From Mytilus trossulus (Eukaryota), in contig NW_026963317.1 of the NCBI RefSeq assembly GCF_036588685.1, positions 1,550,001 to 1,614,000 of the forward strand: a stretch of DNA of 64,000 nt. The letters run 5' to 3'. The position numbers and the translations under genes were made by a program. Numbering within the stretch: the first letter of the stretch is position 1; each line of letters begins with the position of its first letter. This document shows positions 49,696 through 62,300 of the stretch, in pieces. Under the pieces are notes generated by a model, which saw only the letters and a list, made by a program, of their open reading frames with translations, was not told the origin of the DNA and made no database searches.

Positions 49696-52600
49696 ATTAT
49701 ACTTGACCCAGGTGTAAGGTTCCCTTCTTAAAAATATTAGGTAGACCCTCTTACAGGTAACACTGGTAGACCTATTTGGCAAATGACCGCGATTTTTGGC
49801 AAATCTCCGCGGAACGGATAAAAAATAGGGGTTTATCGTAAATTTTCCGTTTTACAAAATAGTTTGCGGTTCTCCGGAGATTTTCCGTGTCTCAGGGAAT
49901 TATCCGTTTGTCCGATTAAACTGGTGTGTATTGAGTCAGTGATAGAACCAGTGATGCGTGAGCGACGGTTATTAATAGATCGTTGTATAATCCGTTATCT
50001 GTGAGCAGCGGTTATTAATAGATCGTTGTGATTATATACACTGTTTACAGTCAGATAAAAATAACCGTCTTATTACCCTTTTCAGTCGAGAAATAAAAAT
50101 CGGTGGTTTTGATATTAAAGTTACTTGCAATTTAAATATCGAATTTAGTTCAATAAAGAATAATCTATTTAAATGTGACCAATGAACAGGAAAATGCACG
50201 TGGTAACTTTGCAATACTACAAATATGTTCACCTTACAAAATTCTTCTTTATTGTCATGTTAAGATAAATCAGTTCCTGTAAAAACAGTAAAAACAGGGT
50301 CTTAATTACTGCAGATGCCGTAATCCGACATAATGTCATACTGATTTGACACTTGTCTAGTGTGAGTAACACCTGCTGTGATATTTTTGCAATACAACAT
50401 GGACAAGCGGAAGGTCATAACTCAATCTGTTGATCCGAATTTAACTTTACCTGTATAGATATTTATTTATGGAGGATATCATAGATACATTTAATAAATT
50501 ATATTGTATTCAATGGAGATAATTTAAATACACAATATAATTTATTCAGACATATTTGCAGGTATACATTGAACATGTTTATTCCAAGGTTTGATATTGA
50601 ATGCTTTTTTTTTTTTTTTTTTTTTTTATCAAACTTCGATCTGATCAGTCTCATAGATTATAAACGAGTAATTCGTTTATAGTTACACATTGTTACTCTT
50701 CTAACGTCTTTTTCTTTGTGCTATTAAAAAAAACCTCCCAATTTTCCACATCAGATCGACATTTATATATATATGAATACTGGAAATCTTTTTTCCGTCC
50801 AACACCACGCTCCCCACAAGAGCCCCAAGATATAATCATACCTGTCAATCACTAGCCGCAAGTTGAACATTTTGGTCAGCCTTCCTCGTGCTTTCAATTA
50901 TGACATCGTTGCGAATTTATTTTTTTTAAAATTGACATGTGAAAAGAATAAAGTGATGGGAAGTTTATTTTACGACCTGTCAGAAATTCTTGTGATTCTA
51001 ATAAGATTTTTCTCAGGCCGCATTTCTTTCTAACAAGAATTTTGTAAACGTTGTGTCGCGTGTGTTACTGTTTTCTAAACGATACACGAGTAGAAACAAA
51101 TACATCGTTTGATAAATCTTTAATGACCCTGTTTGAATTTTCAATAATGCATGCACATGTTGTTGGTAATCAGACTTTTTTACAAACGTAGAAACAACTT
51201 GAATACTTCGTTTAATCAGGTTGAAGTTAGAGACAAATGGAGCGTTTGTACTAACAAACGACAAACTGCAGAAGCATTTTTAGCGTTTGCATAGTTTGTC
51301 AAAGTTTATGTAAACTTTGCAAACGTATGTTTGAAAGAAATGATCAAAACATGTGCGAGCTTAGCCGTTTGCATATTTTGTGTTAGAAAGAAATGCATCT
51401 TTACACTGGTAGACCTATTTGGCAAATGACCGCGATTTTTGGCAAATCTCCGCGGAACGGATAAAAAATAGGGGTTTATCGTAAATTTTCCGTTTTACAG
51501 AATAGTTTGCGGTTCTCCGGAGATTTTCCGTGTCTCAGGGAATTATCCGTTTGTCCGATTAAACTGGTGTGTATTGAGTCAGTGATAGAACCAGTGATGC
51601 GTGAGCGACGGTTATTAATAGATCGTTGTATAATCCGTTATCTGTGAGCAGCGGTTATTAATAGATCGTTGTGATTATATACACTGTTTACAGTCAGATA
51701 AAAATAACCGTCTTATTACCCTTTTCAGTCGAGAAATAAAAATCGGTGGTTTTGATATTAAAGTTACTTGCAATTTAAATATCGAATTTAGTTCAATAAA
51801 GAATAATCTATTTAAATGTGACCAATGAACAGGAAAATGCACGTGGTAACTTTGCAATACTACAAATATGTTCACCTTACAAAATTCTTCTTTATTGTCA
51901 TGTTAAGATAAATCAGTTCCTGTAAAAACAGTAAAAACAGGGTCTTAATTACTGCAGATGCCGTAATCCGACATAATGTCATACTGATTTGACACTTGTC
52001 TAGTGTGAGTAACACCTGCTGTGATATTTTTGCAATACAACATGGACAAGCGGAAGGTCATAACTCAATCTGTTGATCCGAATTTAACTTTACCTGTATA
52101 GATATTTATTTATGGAGGATATCATAGATACATTTAATAAATTATATTGTATTCAATGGAGATAATTTAAATACACAATATAATTTATTCAGACATATTT
52201 GCAGGTATACATTGAACATGTTTATTCCAAGGTTTGATATTGAATGCTTTTTTTTTTTTTTTTTTTTTTTATCAAACTTCGATCTGATCAGTCTCATAGA
52301 TTATAAACGAGTAATTCGTTTATAGTTACACATTGTTACTCTTCTAACGTCTTTTTCTTTGTGCTATTAAAAAAAACCTCCCAATTTTCCACATCAGATC
52401 GACATTTATATATATATGAATACTGGAAATCTTTTTTCCGTCCAACACCACGCTCCCCACAAGAGCCCCAAGATATAATCATACCTGTCAATCACTAGCC
52501 GCAAGTTGAACATTTTGGTCAGCCTTCCTCGTGCTTTCAATTATGACATCGTTGCGAATTTATTTTTTTTAAAATTGACATGTGAAAAGAATAAAGTGAT

Positions 52601-53362
52601 GGGAAGTTTATTTTACGACCTGTCAGAAATTCTTGTGATTCTAATAAGATTTTTCTCAGGCCGCATTTCTTTCTAACAAGAATTTTGTAAACGTTGTGTC
52701 GCGTGTGTTACTGTTTTCTAAACGATACACGAGTAGAAACAAATACATCGTTTGATAAATCTTTAATGACCCTGTTTGAATTTTCAATAATGCATGCACA
52801 TGTTGTTGGTAATCAGACTTTTTTACAAACGTAGAAACAACTTGAATACTTCGTTTAATCAGGTTGAAGTTAGAGACAAATGGAGCGTTTGTACTAACAA
52901 ACGACAAACTGCAGAAGCATTTTTAGCGTTTGCATAGTTTGTCAAAGTTTATGTAAACTTTGCAAACGTATGTTTGAAAGAAATGATCAAAACATGTGCG
53001 AGCTTAGCCGTTTGCATATTTTGTGTTAGAAAGAAATGCATCTTTAATGAGTCTGAATCCGTAACCGTCAAAATAGCATGCTTTACAAAAAGATCAGCCA
53101 ATTCAAACGTTTCTTTACACAAAGATGATTTTAAGTACGTCATACATTACATGTAAATTAAACATTTATTTAAGTAAATTTGTTTGTGTATCTATCTTTT
53201 TTTGTATCTATCAATTTGGTTACAGGGTTGTACCGTGTGGTGCGTTTTCAGATTCATTTCTCAACAACTTCCTGTGAACCGAAATATTTCGGCAGGGGTA
53301 TCAACGGCGGCAAGCTTACAGTTTAACTTGCTTAAATTTTATTTAAGTCAGTTTATTGAAAT

Positions 53363-53770
53363 AAAATTGAAAATGGAAATGGGGAATGTGTCAAAGAGAT
53401 AGCAACCCGACCATAGAAAAACAGCAGCAGAAGGTCACCAACGGGTCTTCAATGTAGCGAGAAACTCCCGCGCCCGAAGGCGTCCTTCAGCTGGCCCCTA
53501 AACAAATATGAACGCCATACTAATTTCCAAATTGTACACAAGAAACTAAAATTAGAATAATACAAGACTAACAAAGGCCAGAGGCTCCTGACTTGGGACA
53601 GGCGGGAAAATGCGGCGGGGTTAAACATGTTTATGAGATCTCAACCCCCCCTTTTACCTCTAGCCAATGTAGAAAAGTAAACGCATAACAATACGCACAT
53701 TTAAAATTCAGTTCTAAAGAAGTCCGAGTCTGATGTCAGAAGATTTAACCAGATAAAATAAACAAAATGA
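53363..53770 (-). mobile_element. Penelope-like element 3'-tail fragment (duplicated at about 61796-62205)
   Basis: Reverse complement of about 47508-47898 (AAAATTGAAAATGGAAATGGGGAATGTGTCAAAGAG ... CTGACTTGGGACAGGCG). Confidence 0.8.
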
Positions 53771-55419
53771 CATTGTTTTTGCAGAAGATTAATCCAGACA
53801 TTAACGTACTTTGGCTTCCTATTTGTTCCACTGTGTAGGATAACTTATTTACGCATTACATCATTAATAATTACCAATATTAAAATGCTGAAATGCAAGT
53901 TGTATACTTATTATTTTACTAATTTGCGTTTTGGTTCCGTTCAAATTTGCTGTTATATCATGTATAGATTCCTTGATTTTCATAACTTATCTAGTTTCAG
54001 TTGTTAAATACTAGTCAGTAAAGAGCTAAATATTTTGCCTTCCAGCAGAGCCAACAATTAAGCATCAGACGTATACGTGATACATTAATCATATATATAT
54101 GTAATATCATTATATATGATATCAGTAATGGACTCCTAGACTTTTTCTCCTTTTATAGACGACTATGCAGTATGGGCTGTGCTCATTGTTGAAGGCCGTA
54201 CGGTGACCTACATGTATAGTTGTTAATTTCTGTGGCATATGGTCTCTTATCCAGAGTTTTTCTCATTGGCAATCACACCACACCTTTTTTTTAAACGGAC
54301 TCTTTTAGATTTTGTTATATTCTCAACGGTTGAGAAAAACTCCATGGATGACAAGTCAACTGGGGTTTTGAGTTGAACATTTTGATGGTGTATGTTTATA
54401 AGGGTTTGAATAGGATTTATATAGAAGAAGAGAGAATATATATGGACAAAAAGTGCACAACAAAGGGCCAAAAAAGTAAATAAAATAGACACCAAGAAAA
54501 CAAAGAATATAGAATAGTGGGGAAAAATATGAAGACTACAGAAAAATTACTTACAACTATAAGACAATATTCAAGACCCTCGTGTGTGTTCAAATACAAT
54601 CTGTATACACTATAGTATATATCTTGCTATAAAGTTCCGTTCTCAATGTTATTTGCTCGAGCATGACTGTCTGATTCTATTTAATTTTTAAATTGATGTC
54701 CAGGGGCAAACATTTCTAGAGTCGTGTCATTCAGGAAGTAAATACAAGAATAAATGAATCTGTTCATGCGCGGGTTGGTTAAAATAGAGCTCCCTACATA
54801 CATCTTGTTTAAAAAATATTTATTTTACTCAGCTATCTTCAAGGCACTGTCTTCTGCTCTTACATGAAATAGTGATACTATGAAATTGACTGATAAGATT
54901 TTATTTTAGATTGCCAAAGTTTGAAGTAGTAGAGACCATTTCCGTGACCTGTGTTTGTTGCACTCTGTGGGTAAAATCCAGTAGTTTTTTTTTAGCCTAC
55001 TGAGATTTTAATAACTTATTTTCGAATGATGGAACCATATCAAAATAATAAATTGAACACGGGTTTGACAGTCAGTAAACTGTCACACAAGAAATAGATT
55101 GAATGTTGCATGTACACAAGTCCAATTTGTAATGTTGTCTTTACGTCCTTCCACATTCTTTTTTTTTTCAAAATTCGGGATCCGCTTTCGAATATATTAT
55201 GGGAGTCTGTCAATGGAGCTAGAGATACATTTAACTACCTTGACTGGTTACACAACCCTTGCACAGTAGATAAATACATCATACACAGATACACTGGCTG
55301 GTTAAAGGGACAATAAACCAGAAGTGTAAATTGCCCCAGGTATTTTAAGTATATTGTGTGTAATGTGTCAACAGCCACGTGTTAGTGAATTCAAAGATAA
55401 TCAAAATGATCTAATACAC

Positions 55420-55464
55420 CTGAGACAACTATAACACATATAGTATGTGTTATAGTAGTCTCAG
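55420..55464. mobile_element. 45-bp hairpin insertion with 7-bp flanking duplication (duplicate at 63853-63897; relative at 42031-42060)
   Basis: AATACAC|CTGAGACAACTATAACACATA-TAG-TATGTGTTATAGTAGTCTCAG|AATACAC. Confidence 0.75.
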
Positions 55465-55544
55465 AATACACGTAGTAATCTACCATGCAGCTACGCATCA
55501 TCGAACATCGCAAATAACTAGCTTTGCATTGTAAGATATTTAAT

Positions 55545-55892
55545 TATACCCCCGCTTTGAAAAAAAGGGGGTATACTGTTTTACCTCTGTCTGTCCTTCC
55601 TTCCGTCAGTCCGTCAGTCCATCCGTCCGTCAGTCTGTCAGTCAGTCCGTCCGTCCCATGAATATTTTTTGTCAGGAACTACACTACCAGGATTTCTGAA
55701 ATTTGGTTTCAGGCTTGATATAAGTCAGTTATACTTTGTACTTGATGCGTTTTCAGATAAATCACTCAACAACTTCCTGTTTACCGAACACTTGATTGAT
55801 TTTACACATGATAGCCAAGTTGAAAATTTTTCTCAGGAACTACAATACAAGGATTTCTGAAATTTGGTTTAATATAAGTCAGCTATACCGTG
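55545..55892 (+). mobile_element. HINE/DINE-1-like element fragment
   Basis: TTATACCCC..GGGGTATA subterminal inverted repeat, (TCCG/TCAG)n microsatellite, then two copies of a core repeat (TCAGGAACTACA..GGATTTCTGAAATTTGGTTT). Confidence 0.7.
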
Positions 55893-58800
55893 GTATTACC
55901 AAGGTCTGTCGTTTTTAACTGTTTATATGGGAATTGGTGAAAAAGTCATAGTTCAAAGTCATAAATGAGCGTAAATAAGTGTTCCGTGAAAATTGTTTTC
56001 GAAAATCTAATTTGTTCATAATTCTTTTATGTAATAATATTCGTAACTTCCCTGGTCTGATCACCAGCATGGCTAAAGGTATTACTCCCAAATGTATTGT
56101 GAGGTGACACGTTCAGGTATTCAAGCGATTTCCTGTCGGACTTGCAAGTTCATGCATCGCTTCACTTCTAAGGGTATTGATCAGTGTATACGACCGATAA
56201 CTTGAAACTTTCCATTTTGAACTATCAGGTGTATAGTATAAATCTCTGTCTTGCGTGTCCGATATACTAGTCATTACTAAACGCATAAGCTTGTTTATAA
56301 ATTACATTTCTGGTGTAAAGGATATTATTTATAAAAATCTAAATAATTCCAAAAAAAAAAAGATTTGATAAAATAAAAATCTGTTTTCACATTTTTTCCA
56401 AGGGTAAATTTGGGGAAATGTAAGTACTCGTTCTCAAAAGTGAAGGACAGTTTGAAACATACAAGAAATATTGATTTAACAAAAATATACGCACTTATAG
56501 ACCATTCTTTTATACGCCTTGATAGAAAGTTACGGAACTATAGATAGTTGCAATTCAAAATTATATAAATTGCTTGTTACACCCTCAGCTGCCACTATAT
56601 GTAATGCTAAAATTGAAAGAAAAAATTGTTTTCGACTTGTCGCGAAAAAAATAGTTTGTTTTTCGCCACAGGCGAAAAAAAAAGTTTGTACAGAAAAAAA
56701 AACATAGCCCCCCCCCCCGAAAATCAAATGGTTGCTGCCTAATGTGCAATGATGTGAACATGGTTCTGAAAGTACATTATGCCAAATTTCCTGTTCCGAC
56801 ATGCATGTTATTTATGCCACTGGACAAACACTAATTATCCCCAAGGGATGTGAATATTTTGCTGGAAAACTATTGAGTATCAAAGTTTCAAATTAATTTC
56901 GGGATTTATTTTCCTTCTTGGTATTCAATATTCAATAACAGAAACAAGAATAAACTGCTTGTCCGCTAAATAGGGGTATTTTATAGTTATATTAAAAAAT
57001 AGGGATATATGACATTAAATTGGTTCTGTCTTTTTTTAAACATCGTTAAAAAGATGTGTGTCTAAGGTGAACGACACAAGAACCCTGTAATACTAGTACG
57101 AGAGAATAGCATGTAAACATTCCTTCTCAATAATATGGTTGTATTGGAAATCTTGTCATACAGATTGACAACTCATGGTCCGATATGCATGTAATATTTG
57201 CCACATGACGCCCATAGTTCTTTCTACCATCATCAACTTATTCTTTGATATTGCTGTAAACATCGATGGTTCACACCCAAACAAAATGGGAGTAATGTAC
57301 CTTCTGATAGCTTCTCCGTGTTATACACTTGTGAAACTTAATATATAGACGAAATTTCGGTATTGAAATGAATCTACATCTCACAAACAGGATTTTTAAA
57401 TAACGATTTTGAGCAATCGTTGTAGGTTCATGAATATTCATATGGTGCTTTTCTTTAGCGCCAATTGGAAAAAACGTATCTTTAAATAAAGTTTGCAGTA
57501 TTAAACATATTCCTCAGAAATCAGTTATCATAAAACCATACGAGTTATGATAAACCTTGATAAAACACAGTTCTGTTATCATAAAACATAAAAGAATGCA
57601 CTATGTAAACTGGAGTAAAATTATGAGACAGTTCTAAGCACTGTACATGTACTATAGTAAAGTTGTAAGTCTGTTCTGTCACAAAACTTGTAAGCGATGG
57701 TCCATGCAGTTATATTCATGTCTGGGAATGTCCTTGGCTGTTTATCCAAAAGATATAGTCTGGTTTTTTTCTGTTTCCCATCGTTTTTTTGAGAAATGCA
57801 TTTAAGAGTGAATCGTTAACTGGGTAAAGACCAGTGGCAAATATCTCTCTGTACGTTCTGTCGATTTGGGAAGATATTTTCTAATTCATTTGAAAATATC
57901 TATATATGTGTTTGCAATGTTCAATGCTTGGACTTTGAAAAGGCACTAATAAAGCTAACTAAATATTATTTTGATAAAAAAGCGGCAATACAACAAATTT
58001 AATTTTTCAAACAAATAATTCTGTAAACATCGCGTGTGAGGGTTTACACGGAGTTAAAAGAAAAGACAACAGGGCAAATCTGATGAAAAAAAAATCCAGA
58101 AAATTCATAGTAACAGGAAATTAAACAGTAATTGAAACCCCCTCATCAAACAAATGTACCTCATGACCTGTATTATGCTGAGGTACAATTTTTTTGGTGA
58201 AAAAAATATAGAATGCTGGAAGTGTTTCGATGTGCTATTGGAAAATCCTTTGAAAAAATTGGTAGGGTTCACCAGGCCACGGCTTAGGTAGCACTTCACA
58301 GAAAATATAGTTACAATTGAGCCACAGCATGTTTAATAACCTTCCAACCCTGGCCTTCTAATACGTTAGGCCAACTGTTAGTGTCATACATGCAAAACTA
58401 CAGACCTATCTACGGAGTGCTACCATACTCACATGCTCCCGATACTAGTATGCTGAAGAAGTAATGAAATTAATAGAACCAGAGCCGGATTTAGTGGGGA
58501 ATGGGGTTGATGGGAGTTTTTAATAGTCTTGATTTGATTGATTGATATACATGGAAGTTTTTAACGACACTGACTCAATGACTGGCTATACAACACATAG
58601 AAGTTTTTGACGACATTGACTGCCTAAACAGCCCTTTGAGTTTCTCAGTCGGCTATAAAGGGGGAATGACACGGTGTCCGCCCCCTTTTGTTGAAAAATA
58701 AATATTGATTATATAGGGAATCACTTAGGAATGACTGGAGCTGGTCCTCTCATGAAATTATCAGTTAGTCTCCCCTCTCCTTATGTATAAAAAAATCTGG

Positions 58801-59098
58801 ATCTGCCACTGAAAACAAGTTTAATAAATTAAAAAAAAGAATGTGTCACTAGTATACACGGATGCCCAATCCGCACTATCATTTTCTATGTTTAACAGAC
58901 CTGGGACTTTCTTTACTTAGTATAGAAGGTCCCTGAGTGGACTGAGGAAATGAGGTAATTCTAATTTGGCATTAAATTTAGAAAGATCATATCATTGTGA
59001 ACATGTGTACTAAGTTTAAAATTGATCATTGTTGATTGGATATCAACTTCATCAAACACTACCTCGACCAAAAACTTCAACCTGACGCGGGACAGACG

Positions 59099-59309
59099 TG
59101 TCACGGAATAGAAGTTCCTTCATAATATAAGTTCCGAATGGAAAAACTATTCTGGAATATTATTTCCACAGGAATAAATATTACAGTAGATGTTCCTAAC
59201 GGAATAAATAGTATAGAATATTTGTTCCAACAGGTACAGGTATTATGACATTGTTTATAATAAAGTTTCCACTGGAACTTCTGTTAGGTGGAACAAATAT
59301 ACGTTGACA
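59099..59309. mobile_element. Possible TGT..ACA (Ginger-like) MITE nested in a minus-strand HINE-like repeat
   Basis: GACG|TGTCA ... TGACA|GATG, with internal GGAA(T/C)A/GTTCC subrepeats, interrupting a GACA/AACG microsatellite. Confidence 0.4.
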
Positions 59310-62300
59310 GATGGACCAACGAACAAACGAACAGACAGACCAGAAACAATGCTGAGAATTGAACATCCTAAGTATATATTTTTAATCTTTATTGCAAAAT
59401 TACACCCATAAGGGTCAAGCAATATAAACAAACATTTGTAAATACAATGTAATATAAGGTAATCTTATACACTCCCAGTCCTGAAACACAAACAAAATTA
59501 AAAGTCATCTGATTGCAATCTTATAACTGTTAATACTGATGAAGTCGCTTTATCATTGATTTATAAGATACAAGTTGTGACCTTCGAAATTGTTTTATAT
59601 TATTTTATTTGTATATTTTCCTATAGACTTTTAAGGTACCTCCGTTGTCCTTAAAAAAATCCCTTCCATAATATCCAAAACTTCATCGTTGATTTGAAAA
59701 AAAAATGATTTTAGATTTTCGATTATCAATTGAAATGAACCTACTAGAGCCTCAACTTTCAAGCGCACAATAATGTCAATCATTACACATCACTTTAACC
59801 CTGAATTGACATTCCACAATCGGTCAGTATATAACATCACCTGTGTTTATAGTTACAGGGTATTTCCCGCCGTTGGAAAATCCCGTGCAGTCGACACAAT
59901 TGATTTTTAACATTCTCTATCATGAGCGAGGTCAAGTTTTAGATCAAGTTAATTACATATATTTTTAACGTTAATTATTTAATTATTAAAAAAAAAACGT
60001 ATCATCATTTCTTTTCTTTTCTTTTTTTTTGCTAGTATAGTAAATATATCTCAGTCCCGGAATGTAGATACACTTAAATTTAGACCTGGAAGTGCCTTCT
60101 TATAAATGGAGAAACTGTCTTTCACATTAAAATTTAAAACAATATTATCGCTCAGGCATATTTTAAATTTGGAATAAGATGATTGATTGTTGGTTGTTTA
60201 ACTTCCAGTGGCAAATATTCCATAAATGCCAGGACGAACTTAGTTTTAAGATCGAACTCTCAAAAAATAATTGAAAAACAGTAATGATGACAGAAGAACT
60301 TTAATACGTGTGAAATAACTATTCAATCTTTTAAATATAACTTATTTATATTTCAAAAAGTAACAGATTAGTTTACAAGACGTGCATTGACGTACTTTCA
60401 TATCTTTAAAATGGAACTTCTTTGTCTAAAAGACGACCCACGAGTTGTCGAAATCCAGTTGCATGCATACTATATACATACATATGCATATTATGCATCG
60501 ACGATCGTTGTATTACGTTACATACTGCTATACCAATTGACCCCTGATATCAACTAAGGTTAGAACTTCCTATAGGCCGTTCATTTTATTTTTGTTCCAA
60601 TAAACGGTTCTTGAATCAATTATAATTTCTGAAGTATTTACGATGAAAGCATTATTCTAAAATCGTCTTACACAATGATAAAATTGTATTTATACCACAA
60701 TTGAAAAGTTATTTAATAAAACAAATGACAGATGAACTGATTAATTATAAAGATGAATGTATGTCCATATGCTCATATATATACACATTCGGACTAAAAT
60801 TCGCAACTTGTCATTATCTCATCGTAGCATATTGTTAATGTTGCTAATATATGCCTTCAACCCCAAGAGGTATAAATGTGCATTTCATTCTGAAAGATTA
60901 ATGGATCAGCAGGTGATCAAGATCGTTTTAAAAATTCCTATTTGCCAATGAAGTTTAAATGATCTTCGGCCTCAGACATACACATGTATTTTTCAATCAT
61001 AAAAGTAAACCTTTAACCCCGAGAAATATATAATCTGTTTCTCTCTAAATTTACAGAAACATTATGTGATAAATTTTTGAAAATTCCGTATATCTCAATC
61101 GATTAATGATAGTTCTGTAAACTTCTACATATATTACAATCTGTACCTCAATACAACCGTCCCTCACACTTAACGGATAATACAACGATCAATTAATGAT
61201 TGAACGTCGCTCACGCATAACGGATTATACAACCGACCTTTTAATAACCGTCACTCACGCATCACTGGTTCTATCAATGACTCAATACACACCCGTTTTA
61301 TCGGACAAACGGATAATTCCCTGAGACACGGAAAATCTCCGGAGAACCGCAAAATATTCTGTAAAACGGAAAATCTACGATGAACCTCTATTTATTATCC
61401 GTTCCGCGGAGATTGGCCAAAAAACACCGAATATTTTACAAAAATCGCGGTGATTTGCCAAATAGGTCTGCCAGTGTTAATGAGTCTGAATCCGTAACCG
61501 TCAAAATAGCATGCTTTACAAAAAGATCAGCCAATTCAAACGTTTCTTTACACAAAGATGATTTTAAGTACGTCATACATTACATGTAAATTAAACATTT
61601 ATTTAAGTAAATTTGTTTGTGTATCTATCTTTTTTTGTATCTATCAATTTGGTTACAGGGTTGTACCGTGTGGTGCGTTTTCAGATTCATTTCTCAACAA
61701 CTTCCTGTGAACCGAAATATTTCGGCAGGGGTATCAACGGCGGCAAGCTTACAGTTTAACTTGCTTAAATTTTATTTAAGTCAGTTTATTGAAATAAAAT
61801 TGAAAATGGAAATGGGGAATGTGTCAAAGAGATAGCAACCCGACCATAGAAAAACAGCAGCAGAAGGTCACCAACGGGTCTTCAATGTAGCGAGAAACTC
61901 CCGCGCCCGAAGGCGTCCTTCAGCTGGCCCCTAAACAAATATGAACGCCATACTAATTTCCAAATTGTACACAAGAAACTAAAATTAGAATAATACAAGA
62001 CTAACAAAGGCCAGAGGCTCCTGACTTGGGACAGGCGGGAAAATGCGGCGGGGTTAAACATGTTTATGAGATCTCAACCCCCCCTTTTACCTCTAGCCAA
62101 TGTAGAAAAGTAAACGCATAACAATACGCACATTTAAAATTCAGTTCTAAAGAAGTCCGAGTCTGATGTCAGAAGATTTAACCAGATAAAATAAACAAAA
62201 TGACATTGTTTTTGCAGAAGATTAATCCAGACATTAACGTACTTTGGCTTCCTATTTGTTCCACTGTGTAGGATAACTTATTTACGCATTACATCATTAA

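Larger units (their letters stand above)
51404..61476. mobile_element. Complete inner copy, 10,073 bp, non-autonomous CMC-superfamily (Chapaev3/EnSpm-like) transposon
   Basis: TTA|CACTGGTAGACCTATTTGGCAAAT ... ATTTGCCAAATAGGTCTGCCAGTG|TTA; ~240-bp imperfect TIRs (about 51404-51640 and 61217-61476); 3-bp TTA TSD; no transposase ORF seen. Confidence 0.88.

Noticed and set aside
49761-53046. Simple tandem duplication or LTR pair
   Set aside because: The TTA TSD, right-hand TIR at 61476 and resumption at 61480 fit self-nested insertion of a TIR element; no TG..CA ends or retroviral genes.
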